64,000 bases of DNA from an uncultured bacterium (GTDB taxonomy: Bacteria > Gemmatimonadota > Gemmatimonadetes > Gemmatimonadales > Gemmatimonadaceae): NCBI GenBank assembly GCA_963978095.1, contig CAXBQP010000002.1, forward strand, positions 1 to 64,000, written 5' to 3'. A program made the position numbers and the translations under genes. The notes under the pieces are model-generated. The model made no database searches. It was not told the DNA's origin and saw only the letters and a program-made list of their open reading frames with translations. Every line of letters starts with the position of its first letter. Within the stretch, counting starts at the first letter, position 1. Shown here piece after piece: positions 1 through 9,596 of the stretch.

Positions 1-110
1 ATACTTCTCGGAAAAACGCGACGAGTGCACATAGAGCAGCTCATCGCCCTCCACCCACAACTCCGAAAACCGCAGCGGTCCCCACTCCCGGGGAAGCAAC
101 AACCGTCGCA

Positions 111-608
111 TCAGATCGCCCCCCGTTTCCCCGCCGGCAGCACCACCAACGCCACGATACCGCCCGTGACCACGGCGACGGGAAATCGCAACGCTCGCCA
201 GGCGCCGCGACGCAGCAGCACGTCGTCCCGAGTCGTCGCGGCGCGCGCCTCGAGCTCCGGCACGCGACCCTCGTAGGCCGGGTCGATCGCCGTCACCAGC
301 GCATACTGGAGCGACGGGTCCTGTTCCTCGACCCAAAGGGCAGCACGAGTCGGATCAATCCGCCCGAACGCAGCACGCCCGCGCCACAGGAGCAGCAAGG
401 CCGCGATCCCCGCACATGGGAGGAACCACTCTCGAACCACCAACGGAAGGTCGACGAAGGTATCCAGCACGGCAGCAGCGCCCCACACGAGCAGCACGCA
501 TGCCGTTGCACGCAGCAACTGCCGGGCCGCGCGCACGAGCCGGAGCGTGGCGGCCACGTTCGCGACGCGCCCCAGAGCCCGCGGCCATGCGACGTCTGAT
601 CTGCTCAT
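111..608 (-). CDS. Membrane protein (three hydrophobic segments), last gene of the MoxR/DUF58/BatA run; possibly frameshift-truncated
   Basis: ATG at 608 overlaps the upstream TGA (ATGA). Hydrophobic helices plus an AALWVEEQDPSLQYALVTA segment resemble the N-termini of long membrane proteins found in MoxR operons. Confidence 0.6.
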   Translation of the reverse strand: MSRSDVAWPRALGRVANVAATLRLVRAARQLLRATACVLLVWGAAAVLDTFVDLPLVVREWFLPCAGIAALLLLWRGRAAFGRIDPTRAALWVEEQDPSLQYALVTAIDPAYEGRVPELEARAATTRDDVLLRRGAWRALRFPVAVVTGGIVALVVLPAGKRGAI

Positions 609-1801
609 CGCACACCCCCAGCTCGGGCACGCATCACCTGTTCGAGCAGCAGTGCGGCGAGCGCCAACGCAAACAACGTGAGCGTCGATGCAACCGGCGG
701 CCTCGGAACCGGCGCCTCGTCGGTCGACACGCCGCGCGCGGGCCACGGATGGGCGAGGACGTGCACGGTGGAATCGGAGGCGACCTCACGGTGGCCTCCG
801 CAGGGGGACTCCAGAATCTTCTGCAGCGCGATGAACGACGGTTGCAACGGCAGATCTCCCGTCGGCGGCACGCCGATCGAGACGCGGCGGAGGCAGCCAG
901 CGCCGAGTGGTGTCTCACTCGCGGCGGGCATGCCGTCGCGCCACCGCGCGACGATCGTTCCCGTGTGCGCCGCGGGCAACCGTACGAGCGGCGCAACCAC
1001 CGTCACATCGCGCGCCCAGACCGCATCCGCGAGCGCCGGAGCGACGGGGCCCGCACTGCCGCCCGCACTGCCGCCCGCATTCGGCCACACGACGACCGTC
1101 GTCCCGGAGCGCGCCGCTGCGCTGTCGTTCGCGTTCGGCTCCGACCCGATCGTGCGCACCGCTCGCTGCGGTGACGGGGACGGTTGACTGCGCACGACAC
1201 GCACGCGCCCGGCCCAGCGGGCCGCCAGCGGTGCGACCGCAGCATCCATCTCCTCACGCAGAAAGGGCGAAACGATCACGAGCTCGACGGAGTCCGCGCG
1301 CGCCAACCGCGCACGCCGGTGCTGATGCGCGCTGATGATTCCGGCTGACAGCCGCCCGCGCACATCGGTGGGCGCCGGCGCGTCGGCACCGTTCCGCGGC
1401 CCACGGTCCGCCGAATCCGCCGCGGCTCGCGCCGACGAATCGAACCACACGACCGCGTCCCCGGCGCGCCACAAGGCACGCACGGAGTCGCGGACGTCCG
1501 ACTGCGCGGCGCGGGACGCATCGGCCACGAAAACCCGCACCAGGGCCGTTCGGCCGTTCGTCAGACGCGGCCCGGCGATCGCAGCGCCCAGCAGCAGCAG
1601 TGCCAGCACGCGAAGCGCCAACAGCCGGCGATCCGTCGGCCTCGTGGTGCGTGACGCCGCACGCGCCGCGCCCTCGGGCACAAACCGCGCCGTCGGGAGC
1701 ACCACCGCCTGCGGCCGGTGCGTTGCGATCAGGTGCAGGAGCACCGCCACGATCGACGCCGCACCGGCGATGCCGAGCGCCCACGGCAGGGCGAACTTCA
1801 T
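605..1801 (-). CDS. BatA (N-terminal double-transmembrane) domain protein with degenerate vWA-like region
   Basis: N-terminus MKFALPWAL...LLHLI...LPTARF...LLALRVLALLLLGAAIAGP is the BatA pattern. FVADASRAA is a degenerate DxSxS. C-terminal TM helix. Follows DUF58. Confidence 0.8.
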   Translation of the reverse strand: MKFALPWALGIAGAASIVAVLLHLIATHRPQAVVLPTARFVPEGAARAASRTTRPTDRRLLALRVLALLLLGAAIAGPRLTNGRTALVRVFVADASRAAQSDVRDSVRALWRAGDAVVWFDSSARAAADSADRGPRNGADAPAPTDVRGRLSAGIISAHQHRRARLARADSVELVIVSPFLREEMDAAVAPLAARWAGRVRVVRSQPSPSPQRAVRTIGSEPNANDSAAARSGTTVVVWPNAGGSAGGSAGPVAPALADAVWARDVTVVAPLVRLPAAHTGTIVARWRDGMPAASETPLGAGCLRRVSIGVPPTGDLPLQPSFIALQKILESPCGGHREVASDSTVHVLAHPWPARGVSTDEAPVPRPPVASTLTLFALALAALLLEQVMRARAGGVR

Positions 1802-2667
1802 GTGAGCCGCGCGACGATGCGGCGAATCGCCACATCCATCGGATCGTCGTCACGGACCTCCGCGTAACCGACGCCCGCGTCGCGCCAGCTCCGCGCCGTG
1901 TCCTGCCGCCACGCGTCGAACGCATCGCGATACACGGCACGGGTCGCGTCCGACAACGGACGCCGGACCGTCGCATCCTCGGGGTCCACGACGATCTGCA
2001 CACCGGCCGACGGCTCCAGCTCGCCGCGCGACACCACATGCGCCACGAACACCTCGCCTCCACCGACGACGTGCGCCCGAGCGGCGTTCACGAGCGACCC
2101 GACGTCGCCCAGACAATCGGTGACGACCAGCACCCGCGCTGGCGCCCCCGCGAATCCCTGTTCGAGCGCCGCCCGTCCCTCCGGCGTGACGGCATCGAGG
2201 GTTCGCGCGACTTCGGCCACCACCCCGCGTCGCGTGCGCGGCGCGAGTCGTGACACCCCTCCGCCCCCGACCACGGTGACGCCCACCGGGTCCGCCCCAG
2301 CGTGCGCGATCGCCGCGCAGCCGACGGCCAACGCGCGTGCGCAGCGCCACTTGGAGGCGCTACCGGACCCCACGCCTCGCGGCGGAAAATCCATCGAGGC
2401 CGACGCGTCGACGAGCAGCAGCGTCCCCAGGACGGCACGATTCGGCGCGAGCCGGATGAACGCGCGATCACTCCGCGCCAGCAGCTTCCAATCCAGACGC
2501 CGGGGGTCGTCCCCCTGACGGTACGGACGGTACTCCACGAACTCCGTCGCGACCCCACGGCTGCGCGCCACATGCGCGCCCGGTGCGCCGCCGGCCACCG
2601 CGCGCCGTGCGGGCCAGCGAACGCCACGCACGGACTCGAGCAGCGCGCCGTACGGGCCGACCACCAT
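1798..2667 (-). CDS. DUF58 domain (vWA-like) protein, MoxR partner
   Basis: EFVEYRPYRQGDDPRRLDWKLLARSD and LLVDASASM motifs. Confidence 0.9.
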   Translation of the reverse strand: MVVGPYGALLESVRGVRWPARRAVAGGAPGAHVARSRGVATEFVEYRPYRQGDDPRRLDWKLLARSDRAFIRLAPNRAVLGTLLLVDASASMDFPPRGVGSGSASKWRCARALAVGCAAIAHAGADPVGVTVVGGGGVSRLAPRTRRGVVAEVARTLDAVTPEGRAALEQGFAGAPARVLVVTDCLGDVGSLVNAARAHVVGGGEVFVAHVVSRGELEPSAGVQIVVDPEDATVRRPLSDATRAVYRDAFDAWRQDTARSWRDAGVGYAEVRDDDPMDVAIRRIVARLT

Positions 2668-2670
2668 GCG

Positions 2671-3690
2671 CTACACCGTCAGATCGCTGCGCGGCGGTGA
2701 CACGCGGGCCAGCACATCCTCCACCACCCGCTCCGACGTCACGCCTTCCGCTTCGGCAGCGAAATTCGGCAAGACCCGATGCCGCAACACCGGCCGCGCC
2801 ACGCGACGGATGTCTTCCGGCGCAACGGCGAACCGTCCCGCCAGCAACGCCGCAGCCTTCGCACCCAGGATCAAGGCTTGTCCGGCACGCGGCCCGGCGC
2901 CCCAACGCACGTATCGCTTCACGAGATCGGTGGCGGTCACGTCATCCGGACGGGTCGCCCGCGCCAGCGCCGCCGCATAACGCAACGCGGCCTCGGAGGC
3001 GGCCACGTCGCGCGACAGCCGCTGCAGCGCCCGGGCTTCGTCTCCCGTGAGCACCGGGGTGAGCGGGACGCGCTCCCGCCCCGTCGTCGCGCGCAGGATC
3101 GCGACTTCATCGTCGGCGGCGGGATATCCGATCCGCACGTCGAACAGGAAGCGATCCAGCTGTGCTTCCGGCAACGGATACGTCCCTTCCTGCTCGATCG
3201 GATTCTGCGTCGCGAGCACGAAGAACGGCTCGGGCAAACGCATCGTCTGGCCGGCAGCTGTCACCCGGTGTTCCTGCATCGCCTCGAGTAACGCGGCCTG
3301 CGTCCGCGGCGGCGCGCGGTTGATCTCATCGGCGAGCACGATGTTCGCGAACACAGGACCCTGCACGAAGCGGAAAGTGCGTTGCCCACTTCTCGCATCC
3401 TCTTCCAGCAACTCGGTGCCGGTGATGTCGCTCGGGACGAGGTCCGGGGTGAACTGGATGCGGCGGAAGTCGAGTTGCATCGCCTCGGCCACCGCACGAA
3501 TCATCATCGTCTTGGCCAGCCCGGGGACGCCGACCAGCAACACATGCCCACCGGCGACGAGCCCCATGAGGATCTCGTCGAGGACCTCCTGCTGCCCCAC
3601 GATCGCCTTGGCCACCTCCGCCCGGAGTCGTCCGGCCGCGGCCAAGAGCGCGTCGCGCTCAGCAGGCGAACGCTCCGCGCCTCCCGTCAC
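2671..3690 (-). CDS. moxR: MoxR-family AAA+ ATPase
   Basis: Walker A GVPGLAKT, RIQFTPDLVPSD, Walker B LADEINRA, ATQNPIEQEGTYPLPEAQLDRF. Start reassigned to GTG 3690, just after the upstream stop. Confidence 0.93.
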   Translation of the reverse strand: MTGGAERSPAERDALLAAAGRLRAEVAKAIVGQQEVLDEILMGLVAGGHVLLVGVPGLAKTMMIRAVAEAMQLDFRRIQFTPDLVPSDITGTELLEEDARSGQRTFRFVQGPVFANIVLADEINRAPPRTQAALLEAMQEHRVTAAGQTMRLPEPFFVLATQNPIEQEGTYPLPEAQLDRFLFDVRIGYPAADDEVAILRATTGRERVPLTPVLTGDEARALQRLSRDVAASEAALRYAAALARATRPDDVTATDLVKRYVRWGAGPRAGQALILGAKAAALLAGRFAVAPEDIRRVARPVLRHRVLPNFAAEAEGVTSERVVEDVLARVSPPRSDLTV

Positions 3691-3692
3691 GC

Positions 3693-4031
3693 TCAGCGAA
3701 CCGGACGCCGGCGTCGGAACCCGAGCAGCAACGTCGAGCCGTCCCGAGCACCCGCCACCGCGAGCGACTCCTGTTCCTGCCCGATCTCCCCCCCGCGCAA
3801 CTTCAGCACGAAATCCTCGACCGGGACATCGGTCATGCCGAACTGCGCAAGCGCCGCCTGCTTCAGCGCCAGCACCGACGCATCGGAGCCGCAGTCGAAC
3901 GCCAGCGTCTCCCACCGCTCCTGCAGTTCGACCCGCAATGTGATGCGCGACGCGCCCTCCCCCACACGGGTGATCCCGGGGCGGCTCCGTAGCGCGGTCA
4001 CGAACGGGCGCTTCACCGCGACGCCACTCAT
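3693..4031 (-). CDS. Ubiquitin-like (beta-grasp; YukD/EsaB-like) small protein
   Basis: SVLALKQAALAQFG...FVLKLRGGEI...SLAVAGARDGSTLLL aligns by eye with ubiquitin TIENVKAKIQ...RLIFAGKQL...TLSDYNIQKESTLHL. No C-terminal GG. Confidence 0.7.
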   Translation of the reverse strand: MSGVAVKRPFVTALRSRPGITRVGEGASRITLRVELQERWETLAFDCGSDASVLALKQAALAQFGMTDVPVEDFVLKLRGGEIGQEQESLAVAGARDGSTLLLGFRRRRPVR

Positions 4032-4327
4032 GCGGTCACCGGCGCCACCGTGCGTGGCAGCGAAGCCAGAAAGCGCGCGACCTGCTGATCGAACATGTAG
4101 GACGACGCCGTCACCGCCGTCCCCCCCGGTGCATCGCTCACCCCGACGACGATCTCTTCTCCCCCAAGACCGCGCAAGTTCACGAAGGTCGGCCCTTCCT
4201 TCTCGAGAAAGGCGGAATAGATCCCGGACTCCCGAGCAAAGAACTCCCGGGCGGACGCGAGGACTTCGTCACCACGAAGCGTGGTGTGTGTCTGCTGCAA
4301 GGTGCGGTTGCGCTGTTGATTGGCCAC
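4028..4327 (-). CDS. Small hypothetical protein (alpha/beta)
   Basis: 99-aa ORF with protein-like composition. Its stop overlaps the start of the UBL gene (ATGA). Confidence 0.7.
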   Translation of the reverse strand: MANQQRNRTLQQTHTTLRGDEVLASAREFFARESGIYSAFLEKEGPTFVNLRGLGGEEIVVGVSDAPGGTAVTASSYMFDQQVARFLASLPRTVAPVTA

Positions 4328-4364
4328 GACGCGTTCTCGTCAAAAAAGTTCGGATCGCTGATGG

Positions 4365-5609
4365 TCAGACACCATCCGGAACCGGCGGACTGCCCCCCGC
4401 CGGGCACTGCATCGGCAGCTCCACGCGAATCCCGCCGGCCGCATCGGCGAGAATCCGCCCACCCAACGCGCGAGCGGTGGCGTTCGCCACGGCCGCGCCG
4501 AACGCGTGCGGAGCCCCCTCGCCGCCAGACACACGATACACGGCCGTCTCTCCGGCCACGTGGATCGCCGCCCGCACCTCGGTCACACCAGGCGACCGAT
4601 AGGCGGACTCCAGAAAGGTAACGAGGGTACGGGCGATTTTCTTTCGATCGCTGCACATCGGGGGCTGCGCGAGGACGGGCTCCTCGACGATCAGGCCGAC
4701 CCCCTCCGCGAGCCCGGCGGCCTGCTTCATCGCATCGCGCAGCGGTACGCGGGGGTCGAATTCCTCCAACTCGACGCTCAACGTCCCCCGCATCGCCTCG
4801 GCGAGGTCGCCGAGCGCCGCGACTGTGGCCCCGACCCCAGAGTTGCTCGCGTGGGATTCCGTGACGGCATCGGCAATCGCTAAGAGGAGCGCCTCGCGCG
4901 CGCGACGCTCGTCCAGCATGGCCACGTCCGCGCGCGCGAGTTCGGCCGTCGTCTCGCTCACGGCCGCTTCCGCGCGCCGAAGGTCGTCGAGCCGTTGCGC
5001 CTTGTCCGCCGCTGCCGCCAACAGCTCGGCGACGGTGCGCAGGAACGCCCGGACCGAGAGCGCGACTTGACCCGCTTCCCGGAAATAGAACGCCACGGTC
5101 CCCAGGACCGTGGTGCCTGACTGCAGCGGCAGCGCCACGATGGCGCGGAACCCGAGCTCGCGTGCAACCTCATGCCAGTCCTCGAGCTCCGGGTCGGCAA
5201 AGACATCCGGGATCTCGATCGTCCGACGCTCGCTCGCCGCCTCGCCACTCGGGCCGAACCCGACCCGCACACGCGCGCTCCCGAGCCAGGGGCGCATCGC
5301 CTCCGGCCAGTTGCCGGCTGCCGCCAACCGCATCAACTCCGACGCGCCGTCCACGAGATACACCGACGCGAACGACGCTCCGGCCAACGGAATCACCCGA
5401 TCGAGCGCATGCTGGAACACCTCCTCCGGATGGTCCGCGCGCAACATCGTATGCAGCAGTTCACGAATCGCCCCCAACTCATGGTCGGCGGCGGTCGGTG
5501 CCGCGGGGGGCACCGGAACTGGGCGGGCGGCGTATCGGCGACGAGGCACACCGAAATCTACGCGCGGAATCAGTCCCCGACGAGCCGATTCCCTGGTACT
5601 TTCCGGCAT
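4365..5609 (-). CDS. GAF-domain sensor with degenerate histidine-kinase core (pseudokinase)
   Basis: GAF segment (ASVYLVD...GPSGEAASERR...AIVALPL...LGTVAFY), then a coiled coil, then eroded HisKA/HATPase boxes. Confidence 0.75.
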   Translation of the reverse strand: MPESTRESARRGLIPRVDFGVPRRRYAARPVPVPPAAPTAADHELGAIRELLHTMLRADHPEEVFQHALDRVIPLAGASFASVYLVDGASELMRLAAAGNWPEAMRPWLGSARVRVGFGPSGEAASERRTIEIPDVFADPELEDWHEVARELGFRAIVALPLQSGTTVLGTVAFYFREAGQVALSVRAFLRTVAELLAAAADKAQRLDDLRRAEAAVSETTAELARADVAMLDERRAREALLLAIADAVTESHASNSGVGATVAALGDLAEAMRGTLSVELEEFDPRVPLRDAMKQAAGLAEGVGLIVEEPVLAQPPMCSDRKKIARTLVTFLESAYRSPGVTEVRAAIHVAGETAVYRVSGGEGAPHAFGAAVANATARALGGRILADAAGGIRVELPMQCPAGGSPPVPDGV

Positions 5610-5810
5610 GGCCGCCTCTGCACGCGTACGCCACCGTACGGCATCCCGTTCCCCTGACCGTTACGCCGGACGCGGTCTCCTTCCTGCTCCTCGGCGACCG
5701 GGGGCGCGGCGGAGGCCATGGGCCTGACGGCGAGTCGCCTGACGGCGACGTCCGCTATCGCACTTTCCTGCGACGCCAGCGCCACGCCGCGCGATCAGAC
5801 GGCCGCGCGA

Positions 5811-6677
5811 TCAGCGGGCCGCGGCCGCAAGCGCATAGAGCCGTGCTTCGAACGCCGCACGCAACTGATTGGTGATCGGCCCCGGCGCCCCGGTCCCGAC
5901 GGGAGTGCCGTCGATGCGCACGACGGGCGTCACGTCGGTCGTCGAGCCACAGAGCATGACTTCGGACGCCCGCGCGAGTTCGTCGAGCGTGAACGCGACC
6001 TCACGATGCGGGATTCCGAGTTCCTCGACGAGTGACATCACCACGATCCGCGTGATGCCCGGCAGGATCCGCGGCGTCAATGGATGCGTCCGCAACACCC
6101 CGTCGATGACGGCCAGCACATTCGTCGCCGCTCCCTCGGTCACAACACCCTCGCGATGCAGAATGGCCTCATACGCGCCGACCTCCTGCGCCGACTCCCG
6201 CGCGAGCACCGAGCCGAGCAGATTGACCGTCTTCCAGTCACAGCGCGACCAACGCATGTCCTCGAACGTGATGGCGGAGCAGCCATCGTCGCGCATCGCG
6301 CGCGGCACCACGAATCGCGTCGCTGACACGAACACCGTCGGCGGAGTCCCCCGCGCAGGGAAATGATGGGTCCGCGGAGCCGCACCACGCGTCACCTGCA
6401 GATACAGGAAGGCTTCCGCGTCGTCCAGCCCGTTCTCCCGCACCAAGCGCTCACAGACGCCACGGAGCGCATCGACCTCGGCCGCCCCGAAGTTGATCTT
6501 GAGTCCCGCGAGTCCGCGCACCATCCGTTCCGCATGCAAATCCCATTCGAAGAGACGCCCCTCGACGGCGCGCACCCCTTCGTAGATGCCGTCACCGAAG
6601 ATGAACCCGCGGTCCTCGACGGGAATGAGCGCCTGCTCACGCGGCACGTAATCGCCATTCAGATAGAACGTCGGCAT
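5811..6677 (-). CDS. dat: D-amino-acid aminotransferase (PLP class IV)
   Basis: EDRGFIFGDGIYE, YLQVTRG, RWSRCDWKTVNLL, TEGAATN, ILPGITR. RBS GGAGGAG precedes ATG 6677. Confidence 0.85.
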   Translation of the reverse strand: MPTFYLNGDYVPREQALIPVEDRGFIFGDGIYEGVRAVEGRLFEWDLHAERMVRGLAGLKINFGAAEVDALRGVCERLVRENGLDDAEAFLYLQVTRGAAPRTHHFPARGTPPTVFVSATRFVVPRAMRDDGCSAITFEDMRWSRCDWKTVNLLGSVLARESAQEVGAYEAILHREGVVTEGAATNVLAVIDGVLRTHPLTPRILPGITRIVVMSLVEELGIPHREVAFTLDELARASEVMLCGSTTDVTPVVRIDGTPVGTGAPGPITNQLRAAFEARLYALAAAAR

Positions 6678-6692
6678 CCTCAACTCCTCCGA

Positions 6693-8210
6693 TCAGGTCA
6701 ACATCCGCTCGATCGCCCGCACGAGCGGAGCGAACGACAACTGCTTCCCACTCACGCGCGTCGCCTGCTCCTGCGCCGATTCCCGCTGTCCATGCGCAAA
6801 GAGCTCCTGCACGAGGTACGGCCCAGCCTGCGGATTGCGCCACCAATCGTCATTGAACCGCTCGACCAACGACTCGGCGAGCACCGCCTGCAACTGCCAC
6901 GCCCGCAGATAGCGCACGGCATAGAAACGCGGGTCCACATCCACGAATGCATCGGCGCGCTGATACCGGAATCCCGTCGCGCCTGTCAGTGTCTCCACAT
7001 ACACATCCGGGAGCGATCCCCAATTCGCACCCTCCGCGTGGAGCTGTATCTCGTAGATCAGCTTGGCGGAATACCGACGCAGGAACTGCAGTTCCTCGAA
7101 CCCCGCCGCGCGCAGAAAGCGCGGCAGATCCCGCGTCCCGAGCCCTGAATACCGCGCCAACCATCCGGCATCCTGCAGGCGATGATCGAACAGCATCGCA
7201 TAGCCTTCGGTGATTGAGTTGTCGCCCAACCACCGGAACTCGAACGGCAGCGACGCCTGCATGTTGGCAAAATGCAGCGCGTGCCCCAACTCGTGCAGCA
7301 ACGTCTGCCAATCGGTTTGCCCGCCATGCGGACGCAACACGAGATGCACGAGATCGGGAATCCGGACCGGCGCGCAAAAGGCGCGCGAGCGTTTGCCCTC
7401 CCGCTCGCCGGTGTCGTACCGCACCCGACCTTCGGCATCGGGACTGATGCCCATCTCCGTCACCTGACGTCGCACGGCCCGTTCCATCTCGCTCGCCGGG
7501 AACGCGGCGTCGAACTCCGGCACACGCATCAGCGCCAGCGCGTCGGCCCGGGTCGCCTCCCCGGGCCGGATGCCGAGCCCGGCCGAGAGCCGCTCCGGCA
7601 GCACGTCATCCCACATGGCCTGCGTATCGCGCAGAAAGGTCTCGCATTCGACGCGCAAGGCATCCAGCGAGATCCCGGACAGCGCCTCGAACGTGGCGTT
7701 GTACGTCGGCGCCACGCCGATCGCCGCGACACACGCATGCTCACGTTCGAGCTTCTCCCGGCGCATCGGCGCGAACTCTGCCTGCACCAGTGCGGCGCGG
7801 GCATCGTCCAATCGACGACGCGCCGCCGCGTCGCGCGTATTCCCGATCGTGATCGACGCGCGCTGATACGGCTCGACGGTCCCGTCGGGCAGCCGGATGA
7901 CGGCGCTGCCTTCCCACGCCATCTCGCGCTCGTCGAGCGGGGCCAGAAGCTGACCCGTGCGGGATTCGATCAGCCAGTCGAGCAACAGGCGCGCGGAGCG
8001 GTGCTCCTCGCTGGCGGCCGCCGTCGAGCGGTACTGGGCATGAACGGTCGCGAAGGCCTCTTCGCCGAAGGCCTCCCGATGCTTGGCATAGATCGGCTGG
8101 AGCAGGGCGTCCGGCTTGTGCCCGGCCGACGCCGCGTGGTATTCGGCGGAGATCTCCTCGAGAAAGCGCTCACCGCGCTCCCGAACCCGGCCCAGCACCG
8201 ATTCGTCCAC
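6693..8210 (-). CDS. Gluzincin metallopeptidase (M3/M2/M32-like)
   Basis: LLHELGHALH (HExxH), downstream ITEGYAMLF, and KRSRAFCAP motif. Confidence 0.75.
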   Translation of the reverse strand: MDESVLGRVRERGERFLEEISAEYHAASAGHKPDALLQPIYAKHREAFGEEAFATVHAQYRSTAAASEEHRSARLLLDWLIESRTGQLLAPLDEREMAWEGSAVIRLPDGTVEPYQRASITIGNTRDAAARRRLDDARAALVQAEFAPMRREKLEREHACVAAIGVAPTYNATFEALSGISLDALRVECETFLRDTQAMWDDVLPERLSAGLGIRPGEATRADALALMRVPEFDAAFPASEMERAVRRQVTEMGISPDAEGRVRYDTGEREGKRSRAFCAPVRIPDLVHLVLRPHGGQTDWQTLLHELGHALHFANMQASLPFEFRWLGDNSITEGYAMLFDHRLQDAGWLARYSGLGTRDLPRFLRAAGFEELQFLRRYSAKLIYEIQLHAEGANWGSLPDVYVETLTGATGFRYQRADAFVDVDPRFYAVRYLRAWQLQAVLAESLVERFNDDWWRNPQAGPYLVQELFAHGQRESAQEQATRVSGKQLSFAPLVRAIERMLT

Positions 8211-8213
8211 GCG

Positions 8214-9596
8214 TTACCGACCCGCCTTCGACGCCTCGGCGGTCGCGTGGTCCTCGGCCAGGTAATCGCCGATCACCTTCGCCACCTGTGACGTCGAGAC
8301 GCGGATCTGCCCCATGTCGTCGCGGAAGCGGATCGTCACGTCATCATTGGCCGTTGAATCCGGATCGATCGTGATCCCGAACGGCGTCCCGGCCTCGTCC
8401 TGACGGCGATAGCGGCGGCCGATGGCTCCGGCCTCGTCGTAGAAAACGGGGAACTGCTTGCGCAGTGATGCGGCGAGCTTCTGCGCCATCTCCGGCTGCC
8501 CATCCTTCTTGGTGAGCGGGAACACGCCGGCCTTGATCGGCGCGATCGCGGGATGCAGCGCGAGCAGCGTGCGCCCCTCGGTCTCGCCCGGGACGACTTC
8601 CTCACGCAGCGCGTTCACGAGTGTCGCCAACGTCACGCGATCGGCGCCGACCGAGGTCTCGATCACGTACGGCAGGTAGCGCTTGTTCGCGGCCTGGTCC
8701 ACGTACTCGAGCCGCTTGCCGCTGAACTCCTGATGCTGCTTCAGGTCGAAGTCGGAGCGGTTGTGCACCCCTTCGATCTCCTGAAAGCCCAGCGAGCCAC
8801 CGAAGTCGAAGTTGATGTCGAACGCCGCGCGCGCGTAGTGAGCGAGCTCGTTCGCTTCGTGCTGATGGAACTCGAGCCGGTCGCGCGAGAGGCCGAGGCC
8901 CAGGTGCCACTCGAGGCGCGCCGCCTTCCATCGCTCGAACCACTCCATGTCGGTGCCAGGCTCGACGAAGAACTGCATCTCCATCTGCTCGAACTCGCGC
9001 GTCCGGAAGGTGAAGTTCCCGGGGGTGATCTCGTTGCGGAACGCCTTCCCGATCTGCGCGATGCCGAACGGCACCTTCTGCCGCGTGGCCTGCTGCACGT
9101 TCAGGAAGTTGACGAAGATCCCCTGCGCCGTCTCGGGGCGCAGATAGACCACGGCCGCCGAGTCCTCGACCGGTCCCATGAACGTCTTGAACATGAGATT
9201 GAACTGCCGCGGCTCGGTGAGCTGACAGTCCCCGTGCTCTCCGGGCTTCTTGCTCGGCTTTCGCGGGCAGGCCGTGTCCTGGATCTTGTCAGCGCGGAAC
9301 CTCGCCTTGCACGCCTTGCAGTCCACGAGCGGGTCGCTGAACCCGCTCACGTGCCCGCTCGCTTCCCACACCTTGGGGTGCATGAGGATTGCGGCGTCGA
9401 GACCTTCGACGTCATCGCGCTCGCGCACCATCGTCTGCCACCACCGCGCCTTGACGTTGTTCTTGAGCTCGACACCGAGCGGCCCGTAGTCCCACACGGA
9501 ACCGGTGCCGCCGTAGATCTCGCTCGACTGGAAAATGAAACCGCGCCGCTTGGCCAGCGACACGAGGGTGTCCATCACGTCAGGATATGCGCTCAT
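8214..9596 (-). CDS. glyQS: Glycine--tRNA ligase, homodimeric (alpha2) type
   Basis: [57 protein letters not shown]. Confidence 0.97.
   Translation of the reverse strand: MSAYPDVMDTLVSLAKRRGFIFQSSEIYGGTGSVWDYGPLGVELKNNVKARWWQTMVRERDDVEGLDAAILMHPKVWEASGHVSGFSDPLVDCKACKARFRADKIQDTACPRKPSKKPGEHGDCQLTEPRQFNLMFKTFMGPVEDSAAVVYLRPETAQGIFVNFLNVQQATRQKVPFGIAQIGKAFRNEITPGNFTFRTREFEQMEMQFFVEPGTDMEWFERWKAARLEWHLGLGLSRDRLEFHQHEANELAHYARAAFDINFDFGGSLGFQEIEGVHNRSDFDLKQHQEFSGKRLEYVDQAANKRYLPYVIETSVGADRVTLATLVNALREEVVPGETEGRTLLALHPAIAPIKAGVFPLTKKDGQPEMAQKLAASLRKQFPVFYDEAGAIGRRYRRQDEAGTPFGITIDPDSTANDDVTIRFRDDMGQIRVSTSQVAKVIGDYLAEDHATAEASKAGR

Noticed and set aside
3691..3915. Extended N-terminus of MoxR in the ORF track
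   Set aside because: Overlaps the UBL gene in another frame; GTG 3690 fits the coupling and family length.
5570..5785. 71-aa ORF between dat and the GAF gene
   Set aside because: Overlaps the GAF gene start, has no recognisable motif and no clear RBS.
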